DNA of 20,354 bases from Chiloscyllium plagiosum (Eukaryota): the NCBI RefSeq assembly GCF_004010195.1, contig NC_057720.1:15640430-15660783 (forward strand), given 5' to 3'. Shown in pieces: positions 1 through 10,166 of the stretch; within the stretch, counting starts at the first letter, position 1, and the number at the start of each line of letters is the position of its first letter. A model generated the notes under the pieces. That model saw only the letters and a list, made by a program, of their open reading frames with translations, made no database searches and was not told the origin of the DNA. A program made the translations under genes and the position numbers.

Positions 1-760
1 TCACGATGCCTGAAATGAGGCTCCAGTACTCTGGCTGCTTGCTCACTGACAATTTGAGTCATTCCAAGGGCTTTCTTCTATCTCCGGTTCCCTGCTGGGT
101 GTCAATGTTGTAAGAGGTGGCATCAGCCAGGCCTGCAGAGATTAGCCCGAGTAAACAACCAACCTGATCCAGTATTTTGTCTCATCAATCCAGGGATGAG
201 TCCTGGCAGCATCCTGGGGAGTAGGCACTGATATGAAATACATTATGTGATTGGCATCGAACACGAGCTGCACATTAATTGAATGGAACCCTTCTGGTTT
301 ATAAAATTGAGAGTAATTATCATACAGGGCTCTCCGTGGCACATGGATACAATGGATGGCACCCTGTACAAAAGCTGACTGCTCGCCCTCTTTTCATGGT
401 CGGTGCCATTAGGAACGCAATACATTGCATGGGCCTTTAGAAATAATTTCTCCCCAATGCCCGTGTCCCCCACCCCAACCACCCATCAGCCTGGGCAGCA
501 GGTGTAGGCATTGGTAGCTCACACTGACTAATGCAGTGTCCTGATGAACCTCGATGGGTGCTCCTCAGATCTCCAGATGGGGATGTGCATCGGGAGCACT
601 CCAGCAGTGATGATCCTACCAAGTGGGCACTGTTTTGATTGCAGTGTGTGACAGGAACGGAGCTGAGGGCACATTGCTAACTCAGCTTGAGGTGGCAACG
701 GCAGCAGAACCTAGAAAAGGAATAAACGTGTCATGTGCTGTGCACAGTTCCTGGCTCATT
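1..760 (-). pseudogene. Degenerate PIF/Harbinger DDE transposase (HARBI1-like nuclease family) fossil
   Basis: Minus-strand frames give collinear Harbinger motifs broken by frameshifts and stops: CRCHLKLS* (~675-705), SGDLRSTHRGSSGHCISQ (~525-580), VQGAIHCIHVP (cf. VQGAIDCTHV), FINQKG/FHSINVQLVFDA, AYSPGCCQDS (cf. ARYPGSCHDS), AWLMPPL, TQIVSEQAARVLEPHFR (cf. TRxxIEQTIGLLKxRFR). The first catalytic Asp is changed to His. The element runs off the window start. Confidence 0.8.
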
Positions 761-818
761 GTTGAGGATGTGGGAGGGAAGTGTTCATTTGCAACATCAG
801 CCATCAAATCAAATTTGA

Positions 819-2638
819 TACTCAGCTGTATTCCAGTTATTCAGCTATATTCCTGTTACTCAGCTATATTCCTGTTACTCAGCTGTATTCCTGTTACTCA
901 GTTGTATTCCTGTTACACAACTGTATTTCTGTTACTCAGCTATATTCCTGTCACTCAGCAATTTTCTGTTACTCAGCAGTATTCCTATTATTCAGCTATA
1001 TTCTTGTTAATTATCTGTATTCCTGTTACTCAGCTATATTCCTGTTACTCAGCTGTATTCCTGTTACACAGCTGTATTTCTGTTACTCAGCTATATTCCT
1101 GTTACTCAGCAATTTTCTGTTACTCAACGGTATTCCTACTACTCAGCTATATTCTTGTTAATTATCTGTATTCCTGTTACTCAGCTGTATTACTGTTACT
1201 TAGCTGTATTGCTGTTACTCAGCTGTATTCCTGTTATTCAGCTGTATTCCTGTTATTCAGCTGTATTGCTGTTACTCAGCTGTATTGCTGTTACTCAGCT
1301 GTATTCCTGTTATTCAGCTGTATTCCAGTCACTACACTATATACCTGTTACTTCACTATATTTCTGTTACATATGTGTATTCCTGTTACTCAGCTATATT
1401 TCTGTTACTCAACTGTATTCCTGTTACTCAGTTATATTCTGTTACTCAGCTGTGTTCCTGTTACTCATCTGTATTCTTGTTATTCAGGTATATCCTGTTA
1501 CTCAGCTACATTCCTGTTACTCAGTTTTACTCCTGTTACTCAGCAGCACTCCATGAACTCCAATATATTCATATTACTCAGCTGTATTCCTGTTACTCAG
1601 CTCTATTCTTGTTATTCAGCTGAATTCCCATTACTACACTATTCCTGATACACAGCTGTACTCCTATTACTCAGCTGTAATCCTGTTACTCAGCTGTACT
1701 CCTAATACTCGGCTATATTACTGTTACTCAGCTATGTTCCTGTTACTCAGCTGTATTCCTGTTACTCTGCTTTATTCCTGTTACTTAGCCGTAATCCTGT
1801 TGCTCCACTACATTCCTGTTGCTCATCTGTATTCCTGTTACTCAGTTATATAACTGTTTCTTTGCTGTATTCCTGTTACTCAGCTGTATTCCTGTTACTC
1901 AGTTGTATTCTGTTACTCAGCTGTATTCCTGTTACTTCACTATATTCCTGATATTCAGCTGTATTCCTATTACTCAGCTGTATTCCTGGTACTACACTAT
2001 ATTCCTGATATTCAGCTGTATTCCTATTACTCAGCTGTATTCCTGTTACTCAGCTATGTTCCTGTTACTCAGCTGTATTTCAGTTACTCGGCTGTATTTC
2101 TGTTACTCAGCTGTATTCTTGTTATTCAGCTATATTCTGTTATTCAGATGTATTCCTGTTACTCATCTATATTCCTGTTACTCAGCTATATGACTCTTTC
2201 TCTGCTGTATTCCTATTACTCAGCTGTAGTCCTGTTACTCAGCTATATTTCTGTTACATATGTGTATTCCTGTTACTCAACCATATTCTTGTGACTCAGC
2301 TATATTCCTGTTACTAAGCTATATTACTTTTATTTATCCGTATTCCTGTTACTCAGCTCTATTCCTGTTACTCAGTCATATTCTGTTACTCAGCTGTATT
2401 CAGTTATTCAGCTGTATTCTTGTTACACAGCTGTATTCCTGTTACTCAGCTGTATTCCTGTTACTCAGCTATATTTCTGTTACTCAGCCATGTCCCTGTT
2501 ACTCAGCTGTATTCCTGTTACTCAGCTGTATTCCTGTTACTCAGCTGTAGTCCTGTTACTCAGCTGTAGTCCGGTCACTCAGCCATGTTCCTGTTATTCA
2601 GCTATATTCCTGTTATTCAGCTATATTCCTGTTACTCA
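819..2638. repeat. 19-bp minisatellite, consensus CCTGTTACTCAGCTGTATT (segment 1, roughly 95 degenerate units)
   Basis: Period-19 tandem repeat read directly. It explains the overlapping LLLSCIPVTQLYSCYSAVF-type ORFs. Confidence 0.97.
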
Positions 2639-3590
2639 TAGAGTCATAGAGTCATAGAGATGTACAGCATGGAAACTTACCCTTCGGTCCAACCCGTCCA
2701 TGCCGACCAGATATCCCAACCCAATCTAGTCCTACCTGCCAGCACCTGGCCCATATCCCTCCAAATGCCTTTAAATGTTGCAATTATACCAACCTCCACC
2801 ACTTCCTCTGGCAGTTCATTCCATACACGTACCACCCTCTGCATTAAAAAGTTACCCCTTAGGTCCCTTTTATATCTTTCCCCTCTCACCCTAAACCTAT
2901 AGGGTGAGAGGGGAATACCCTCTAGTTATGGAGTCCCCCACCCCAGGGAAAAGGCTTTGTCTATTTACCTTATCCATGCCCCTCATAATTTTGTAAACCT
3001 CTATAAGGTCACCCCTCAGCCTTCGACGCTCCAGGGAAAACAGCCCCAGCCTGTTCAGCCTCTCCCTTTAGCGCAAATCCCCCAAGCCTGGCAACATCCT
3101 TGTAAATCTTTTCTGAACCCTTTCAAGTTTCACAATATCTTTCCGATAGGAAGGAGACCACAATTGCATGCAATATTCCAACAGTGGCCTAACCAATGTC
3201 CTATACAGCTGCAACATGACCTCCCAGCTCCTGTACTCAATACTCTGACCAATAAAGGAAAGCATATCAAACGCCTTCGTCACTATCCTATCTACCTTCA
3301 ACTCCACTTTCAAGGAGCTATGAACCTGCATTCCAAGGTCTCTTTGTTCAGTAACACTTTCTAGGACCTTACCATTAAGTGTATAAGTCCTGCTAAGATT
3401 TGCTTTCCCAAAATGCAGCACCTCACATTTATCTGAATTAAACTCCATCTGCCACTTCTGGGACCATTGGCCCATCTGATAAAGATCCTGTTGTAATCTG
3501 AGGTAACCTTCTTCGCTGTCCACTACACCTCCAATTTTGGTGTCATCAGCAAACTTACCAACTGTACCTCTTATGCTTGCATCCAAATCA
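2637..3590 (-). mobile_element. CR1-clade LINE (HER1-like), 5'-truncated: RT C-terminus plus 3' tail
   Basis: ORF 3068-3586 contains KFADDTKIGG, WQMEFNSDKCEVLHFG and YRTLVRPLLEYC; ORF 2677-2889 contains FLMQRVVRVWNELPEEVV. The (CTATGACT)n tail reads catagagtcatagagtcatagag on the plus strand at 2637-2659. Confidence 0.95.
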
Positions 3591-3593
3591 CTT

Positions 3594-3665
3594 ACTGTAT
3601 TCTGGTCACTACACTAGATTCATGTTACTCTGCTATATTCCTGTTACTCAGGTGTATTCCAGTTA
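3594..3665. repeat. 19-bp minisatellite (segment 2)
   Basis: Same unit resumes between the two CR1 insertions. Confidence 0.85.
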
Positions 3666-3986
3666 GAACATAGAAGAACATAGAAAAATACAGCGCAGTA
3701 CAGGCCCTTTGGCTCTCGATGTTGCGCCGATCCAAGCCCACCTAACCTACACTAGCCCACTATCCTCCATATGCCTATCCAATACCCGTTTAAATGCCCA
3801 TAAAGAGGGAGAGTCCACCACTGCTACTGGCAGGGCATTCCATGAACTCACTACTCGCTGAGTAAAGAACCTACCCCTAACATCTGTCCTATACCTACCA
3901 CCCCTTAATTTAAATCTATGCCCCCTCGTAATAGCTGACTCCATATGTGGAAAAAGGTTCTCACAGTCAACCCTATCTGAACCCCT
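3666..3986 (-). mobile_element. CR1-clade LINE 3' end (second subfamily), possible 5-bp TSD AGTTA
   Basis: ORF 3747-3944 TRGHRFKLRGGRYRTDVRGRFFTQRVVSSWNALP is the CR1 ORF2 C-terminus. Tail reads gaacatagaagaacatag. AGTTA occurs at 3661-3665 and 3987-3991. Confidence 0.93.
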
Positions 3987-4190
3987 AGTTACTCAACTAT
4001 ATTCCTGTTAGTCAGCTATATTTGTGTTACTCAGCTGTATTCCTGCTACTCAGATATATTTTGTTACTCAGCTGTATACCTATTACTCAGCTGTATTCCT
4101 GTTACTCAGCTGTATTCCTGTTACTCAGCTGTATTCCTACTACTCAGTTGTATTCCTAATACTCAGTTATATTCCAGTTACTCAGATGTA
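3987..4190. repeat. 19-bp minisatellite (segment 3)
   Basis: Same unit continues to about 4190. Confidence 0.93.
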
Positions 4191-4329
4191 CTACTGTGAT
4201 TTATGACAAGAAGATTGTTGCCTTTGATGCCTATGAGTTTCTACACACAGATATTGGCTCGAGTAATGGGAAGTATTGACAAAGTCGATATTTTCAGTCA
4301 ACCTAATCAGAGATATTGTGACAGACATT

Positions 4330-4402
4330 TAGGATAGGATGGATTTGAACTCAGTCCCCTTGGCCCAGAGGTAAGGACACTACCACTTCTTCACAAGAGC
4401 CC
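4330..4402 (-). mobile_element. tRNA-derived SINE head fragment
   Basis: Reverse complement GGGCTCTTGTGAAGAAGTGGTAGTGTCCTTACCTCTGGGCCAAGGGACTGAGTTCAAATCC shows A-box-like and B-box (GTTCAAATCC) motifs at tRNA spacing. Confidence 0.65.
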
Positions 4403-4924
4403 TGATATTAACATAATAAATTGAGACCACCAAATCAGCTTATGCTTAGTATTAAACTGTTAAACTGAACCCTGATTGCAAGTTGTTGTGGATACAAAAA
4501 AAATTGCTAAAATGTTTGGGAATGATGTTTATGAACAGAGTACTTTCCATGTCTCAAGGGTACGACATGTAAAATGAGAGAAATAACTTACTTCATAAGG
4601 CTAGCCATAAAAAGTATCAATACTTGTTCTTAATTATCTGCAAACACAGGTGGGCCTTGGATCCTTAAACCCTTCATAGATAACGGATGGGTTTATTTTG
4701 GGTGGAGGGTGGTGGGGGTAGGTGAGGAGGATTGTGTTAACAGTTGGCTCCCTGACCCTGACTCCCTCCTGTGTTGCTCACTTTGGCTTTTCAGAGTGTT
4801 CACAGCTCCCAGGAGGTAAGGTGTCACTTTTAAAGCTTCATTTATATTCACCATTTGAAATTGAATGTTGGCTGACTGAGCTCCCTAAACCTCAGGAAAG
4901 CCACCAGCTCGCTGAGGCACCCTG

Positions 4925-6420
4925 AGGAGGTTATCCTGTTGGAAGACCATAGCAAGAGAAGTTGGCCATTCAGCCTGTTCAGTCTGCTGCACCGAATTCA
5001 ATGTGTCTGCATGGCCAACCCCCCCAAATTCAGACCCCCTCCTTACTCTAACCCTTCTGAGCTCTGCAAAGTCACGTTCATGAGGCATCCAATTCTATTT
5101 CCCCATCCAGCCCCACACTCGAATTCAATCTCCTTCCACTCCCTCGTCTTCTTCCAAGAGGGCTCAGATTACTATTCTTACCTCAGCCTCTGACTGGCCT
5201 GTTGATCTCTAATGCTTGCTGACCCCCTCCTCACATGACCCACTATCAGTGCCCCAGACTGATCTCAGAGCTCCCAAACTATGACTTCTGCATCTCCCGA
5301 GCTCCCTAACTTTATGCTGAAGCTTCCAGGTAATGAGCGTTCAGTTGGGATTGTAAATGTGTACCCTTCCTCCTCAGACCAATAACCACCTCCTTCAGCA
5401 GCCCCTCTGAGGTGATCTTCTCGACATGAAGGGTGAGGAGCTGAATGCCCACCTACCCATCTTGGAGTCCTTCTGCCGTATTGCGTGCTGCTTTCCTACT
5501 AGAATAAGAGAGGGGCAGATGTTAATAGAGATGGATGTGGTGGCATTGCTGTTGGTTTTGGTCCAGATGGTGAGCTGAACAGAGCATGTGAGTAGGCAGT
5601 GTGGAAGGCATGCTGGGGTTAGTGGTGTCAGGGGTTGGGGTGGCTGAGAGAGGGAAGATGTTGTAGATATGGGCGGCCCAGTGGCACAGTGGTATGGGCG
5701 GCACAGTGGCACAGTGGTATGGGCGGCACAGTGGCACAGTGGTTAGCACTGCTGCCTCACAGCGCCAGAGACCCGGGTTCAATTCCCGCCTCAGGCGACT
5801 GACTGTGTGGAGTTTGCACATTCTCCCCGTGTCTGCGTGGGTTTCCTCCGGGTGCTCCGGTTTCCTCCCACAGTCCAAAGATGTGCAGGGTCAGGTGAAC
5901 TGGCCATGCTAAATTGCCCATAGTGTTAGGTAAGGGGTAAATGTAGGGGTATGGGTGGGTTGCGCTTCGGCGGGTCGGTGTGGACTTGTAATCTAATCTA
6001 ATCTAATCTAATAATTCAGACAGTGATCGAGCAGGAACCTTGATGGGAGGTGGGGACAGCAGCAGAGATAGAATGAGGCTGAGGTCACAGACAGAAGATG
6101 GCATCACATAAACTGATGGAGAGGACAACATGGTCCTTCTTCCTACAGTGCTGGGCATTGCTTTAACCCGGGTGCTAACCTCAGACCAAGAGGGCATAGT
6201 CTGGCATCATGGCTCCCACTGTCAGTCCTGGGGGAATGAGGATGTCCCACACATGCGCCTCCCCATTCAGCAGGGCCTCTGAGCCAAGTCTGGGGAAAAT
6301 ATCAGAAACCATGCCAGGCAGTTCCAAACTGACAGACCTTGTTCGGGTACACACGGAGCTTTTAAGGATGGAACGGGTGCAAGGGACGCAGGAATTCTGG
6401 GATATCTGCTGAGTGGCGAG
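4925..6420 (+). mobile_element. Possible decayed Harbinger Myb/SANT-like (ORF2) relic, interrupted by an HE1 SINE
   Basis: Weak motifs only: WKTIAREV...CCTEFN (~4940-5002; cf. W..IA..V...C.KKFN), GFGPDGE (~5555-5575) and DLVRVHTELL (~6335-6365). GC-rich, heavily degenerate. Confidence 0.25.
5668..6010 (+). mobile_element. HE1-type tRNA-derived V-SINE with triplicated 5' end
   Basis: Head GGGCGGCACAGTGGCACAGTGGTTAGCACTGCTGCCTCACAGC...GGGTTCAATTCCC (A/B boxes), V-domain TGTGTGGAGTTTGCACATTCTCCCCGTGTCTGCGTGGGTTTCCTCCGGGTGCTCCGGTTTCCTCCCACA, (TAATC)n tail. Confidence 0.95.
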
Positions 6421-7460
6421 TTGTGCCAGGAATGGCATGTGGTAAAATGCTGTCACAATAAGAGATGCGACTGGGTCAGGGTAGATCTTTAACGTGGATG
6501 TGTGAGGTGAGGTGATACCTTTTAAGACTTAAATAGAAAATCACACAAAAAAAAATGCTTTTTAATTCTCTCGGTACTTTCCCAACTTTCTTGCGATGAC
6601 TACACCAAGGAGGGGAGGGGGAGTCTCTGCCTTATATTTTAGAAGCTCATCATCAACTATAAAACATTTTGTAACTTTTTGAGGTCAAGAACGCTAGTAA
6701 ATAAATGTAGGTTCTTCCTATCTTTTCTTTTCATCTTGCTGAATTGTGCTTTTTGCTCTCGTCAGCCACACTTACTTTTGACATTTTATTGTGCATTTCT
6801 TTTCTTGCACAGACATAAACCATTTGGGGTCATCTTTTCCATTGTTCACATATTTTCACAGTAGCTATTTGCCCCAGTTGAGTTCACAGAAATTAATCCA
6901 TCAACGCTTTACCTTTCTGGTCTAAAATCATGCTGGTGTGGGAAGCCTTACTGGAAGATGTCTCAAAGTTGTTCTATAATCTGACCGTATCATTATTCCA
7001 GGGTACTTTGGCATATTTAAAGACTCCAAAATTATTGCCCTATTGACATTGTATATCTCTCCAACATCTCCCAGTGACAGCCCTGTAATACACAGAGAAT
7101 TGTTCTTTTTTCCTTTCTATTTCTTAAACATATGGTTCCTGGGTTAACATGTTCTCTGAGAGACAGCCCTGCACATGTGCGAAGATCGAATCTTTAATGA
7201 GTAGTCCCACTCATCCTTTTATCTCCATGTTTTAAGTGAGATATTAAATTGAAGACTGATTTTCTTTCTCAGGTAGAAGTGAACTATCCCATAGTCCTCT
7301 TCAAAAAAAGCTGAGAGGTGTCCTTCTCAATCACAATATTATTAATTCCTTTGATCTACATTACTCCATTAACTTATCTGGTTGTTATTGCAATGCATTT
7401 TTGTGCAACCTTGCTGTGCATTAATTGACTCCAACGTTGCTGACATCACAGCGGCCATGA

Positions 7461-7771
7461 GGGGCGGCACGATGGCTCAGTGGTTAGCACTGTTGCCTCA
7501 CAGCACCAGGGTCCCAGGTTCGATTCCAGCCTTGGGTGACTGTCTGTGTGGAGTTTGCACATTCTCCCCGTGTCTGCGTGGGTTTCCTCTGGGTACTCCG
7601 GTTTCCTCCCACAGTCCAAAGATATGCAGGTCAGGTGAATTGGCCATGCTAAATTGCCCATAGCATTAGGCAGAAGGAAATGGGTCTGTGTGGGTTACTC
7701 TTCAGAGGGTCAGTGTGGACTGGTTGGGCCGAAGGGCCTGTTTCCACGCTGTAGGGAATCTAAAAAAAAAA
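7461..7771 (+). mobile_element. HE1-type V-SINE (different subfamily, A-rich tail)
   Basis: tRNA head with GGTTCGATTCC B-box, V-domain, CR1-like 3' end GGGCCGAAGGGCCTGTTTCCAC, poly-A. Confidence 0.95.
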
Positions 7772-7796
7772 TCACACTTCAGAAGTACTTTGGAAA

Positions 7797-8815
7797 CGAA
7801 ATACCGCAGAAACTGCATGTCTGAAATAAGAATGGCAAATGGTGCAAACAATTGGCAGGTCACGTAACATTTATCAAGAAAGATGAGACTGGTCAAAATC
7901 TCTGAGTAGTTGAACCATTCTGCATCACCTGTCCTTCGTAGAGAAATTTGTGAAGAGAAACACCCTTGACCTCAAGTCCATCAGGAAGTGGTCAGCATGT
8001 AGCTTCCTTGAGACGCTGCAGGGAAAGGTGACTGTGGATCCTGTTGAAATTGTTCCCTGAGCAGACTGTCAAAGCCAACTGGCAGAATGCCTCATTGTCA
8101 GAACTTTCCAACAAGCACCAAGAGAAGGACACGACCCGTCAGATCCTTCATGTATGCCCAGACTCACTCACCACAAACATACTGTCCTCAAAGAGGCAGT
8201 GGGAGAGTAGAGACGGTTACACACTTCCTCCTGGAATGTGCCTTTGCAAAGGGAATCTGGAAAGAGATGCAGTGGGTTTTGTCGAGGTTTGATCTGAGCA
8301 GCTCTTGCTCCACGATCTGTTCCCTGGGAGACACACTGAGACAAACATCGATTGTACCTGGAGGACCATCAACGCAGTGAAAGATGCTCTTTGGTCTGCC
8401 CGAAAAATGTTGGCCTTCTACAGCAAGGAGTTGATTCTGACTGAGTGTTGCAGACAGGCACATTCCAAGGTCCAGGACTCCATGCTGAGGGATGCACCGA
8501 AGCTTGGTGCAAAGTACGGTGGGGGTACGTTCAGTTATCCGACCCTCCCGATGCCTCAAATAAATGTAAATAGTATCTTGCATAAGTAAGAAATGCCTTG
8601 GGTTTTTGGAACTGTTGGGAGAATCAAACTCCAAAGTTTATTTGTTCTCAATATGCTAAGACTGTCCAGAACCCAACTTCTTTAGTCACTGTGTATGTAT
8701 ATGAAGGTTTTTTATGATTAAATTATATTTTGGAATTTAAAAGGAAAACTGTTGAGGGAATCTTTCTCTCTCCACGGGTGCTGCTGGATCTGTTTATTAT
8801 TTATTTTGTTTCTTT
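7797..8815. mobile_element. Old palindromic Penelope-like terminal remnant (arms ~7797-7898 and ~8750-8815) interrupted by Tx1
   Basis: Left arm aaataccgcagaaactgcatgtctgaaataag...ggcaggtcacgtaacatt and right arm ctttctctctccacgggtgctgctggatctg...ttttattttgtttc resemble degenerate, oppositely oriented PLE termini like those at 17154 and 19864. Confidence 0.5.
7900..8743 (+). mobile_element. Tx1/L1-clade LINE 3' fragment (zf-RVT region plus 3' UTR)
   Basis: Frameshifted pieces HLSFVEKFVKRNTLDLKSIRKWS, FPEQTVKANWQNASLSELSNKHQ, CPQRGSGRVETVTHFLLECAFAKGIW (CCHC-type zf-RVT) and WRTINAVKDALWSARK; AT-rich end. Confidence 0.88.
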
Positions 8816-8943
8816 TTCCAAAACTGCTTAATTGCCTGGGATCTCTGAGGTTGCAAAAGGCACTATATAAATGCATGTATGTCTTTCACTCAAATTCTTT
8901 CAAAAATATTACAGAAAAGGGGGGTAGGTTCCCCAAATCTATT

Positions 8944-9514
8944 TCTGGATCAGTGGTGCTGGAAGAGCACAGCAATTCAGGCAGCATCCGAGGACAGGCA
9001 AAATCGACGTTTCGGGCAAAAGCCCTTCATCAGGAATAAAGGCAGAGAGACTGAAGCGTGGAGAGATAAGCTAGAGGAGGGTGGGGGTGGGGATAGAGTA
9101 GCATAGAGTACAATAGGTCAGTGGGGAAGGAGATGAAGGTGATAGGTCAGGGAAGAGAGGGTGGAGTGGATAGGTGGAAAACGAGCTGGGCAGGTCGGAC
9201 AAGTCCGGACAGGTCAGGGGATCGAGTTTCTGGAGGTTAGAAGCTAGGATGAGGTGGGGGAACGGGAAATGAGGAAACTGTTGAAATCCACATTGATGCC
9301 CTGGGATTGAAGTGTTCCGAGGCGGAAGATGAGGCGTTCTCCCTCCAGGCGTCTGGTGGTGAGGGAGCGGCGGTGGAGGAGGCCCAGCACCTCCATATCC
9401 TCGGCAGAGTGGGAGGGGGAGTTCAAATGTTGAGCCACTGGGCGATGTGGTTGATTGGTGCGGGTGTCTCGGAGATGTTCCCTAAAGCGCTCTGCTAGGA
9501 GGCGCCCAGTCTCC
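8944..9514 (-). mobile_element. Penelope-like retroelement: GIY-YIG endonuclease C-terminal part plus 3' terminal repeat
   Basis: ORF 9244-9534 ETGRLLAERFREHLRD...PVAQHLNSPSHS...RRLEGERLIFRLGTLQSQGIN. It is truncated within the YIGET motif. Confidence 0.93.
9006..9033 (-). ncRNA. Minimal hammerhead ribozyme core (PLE-associated)
   Basis: Reverse complement CUGAUGA-A-GGGC-UUUU-GCCC-GAAAC-GUC: canonical core boxes, 4-bp stem II, GUC triplet. Confidence 0.75.
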
Positions 9515-9519
9515 ATAAG

Positions 9520-9687
9520 ACTCATGTGTTGCACTGTGTATAATAAACTTCACTACAACACTCCTGTGTTACAGTGTGAATAATAAACTTCATTATAACA
9601 CTCCCGTCTTACAGTGTGTATAATAAACTTCACTACAATACTCCTGTGTTACAGTGTGTATAATAAACTTCACTACAACACTCCTGT
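9520..9687. repeat. 40-bp minisatellite (ACTCCTGTGTTACAGTGTGTATAATAAACTTCACTACAAC), about 4.2 units running into the gap
   Basis: Head-to-tail period-40 repeat with no spacers. Confidence 0.95.
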
Positions 9688-10166
9688 NNNNNNNNNNNNN
9701 NNNNNNNNNNNNNNNNNNNNNNNNNNNNNNNNNNNNNNNNNNNNNNNNNNNNNNNNNNNNNNNNNNNNNNNNNNNNNNNNNNNNNNNNNNNNNNNNNNNN
9801 NNNNNNNNNNNNNNNNNNNNNNNNNNNNNNNNNNNNNNNNNNNNNNNNNNNNNNNNNNNNNNNNNNNNNNNNNNNNNNNNNNNNNNNNNNNNNNNNNNNN
9901 NNNNNNNNNNNNNNNNNNNNNNNNNNNNNNNNNNNNNNNNNNNNNNNNNNNNNNNNNNNNNNNNNNNNNNNNNNNNNNNNNNNNNNNNNNNNNNNNNNNN
10001 NNNNNNNNNNNNNNNNNNNNNNNNNNNNNNNNNNNNNNNNNNNNNNNNNNNNNNNNNNNNNNNNNNNNNNNNNNNNNNNNNNNNNNNNNNNNNNNNNNNN
10101 NNNNNNNNNNNNNNNNNNNNNNNNNNNNNNNNNNNNNNNNNNNNNNNNNNNNNNNNNNNNNNNNNN
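9688..10166. other. Assembly gap (479 N)
   Basis: Run of n. Confidence 1.

Larger units (their letters stand above)
7235..8886 (+). mobile_element. Old DeuSINE (SacSINE1-like) split into three pieces (7235-7455, 7772-7790, ~8826-8886) by nested insertions
   Basis: Deu-domain-like sequence gagatattaaattgaagac...ctcaggtagaagtgaactatcccatag...ttatctggttgttattgc...cttgctgtgcattaattgactcc; resumes as cacttcagaagtactt; 3' end ctgaggttgcaaaaggcactatataaatgca...gtctttc. Confidence 0.7.

Noticed and set aside
1..760. Functional HARBI1 host gene
   Set aside because: Frameshifts, stops and the loss of a catalytic Asp indicate a transposon fossil, so no gene symbol was assigned.
623..2550. Long Cys/Leu/Tyr-rich ORFs (341 aa and others)
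   Set aside because: Translation of a stop-free 19-bp minisatellite; the same peptide appears in all three frames.
4186..4262. Possible exon TTVIYDKKIVAFDAYEFLHTDIGS
   Set aside because: The acceptor would lie in the minisatellite, the donor is weak, and I recognise no homology.
5718..5795. tRNA gene-like sequence (also at 7461, 18487 and 19670-19745)
   Set aside because: These are SINE heads continuing into the V-domain, not standalone tRNAs.
5395..5912. ORFs such as MDCGRKPEHPEETHADTGRMCKLHT
   Set aside because: Recurring translation of the HE1 SINE, not genes.
6895..7125. Open frame SINALPFWSKIMLVWEALLEDVSKLF...
   Set aside because: No convincing splice sites or recognisable family; the length is compatible with chance.
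9520..9687. CRISPR-like regular repeat
   Set aside because: Units are head-to-tail with no unique spacers, there are no cas genes, and the context is eukaryotic.
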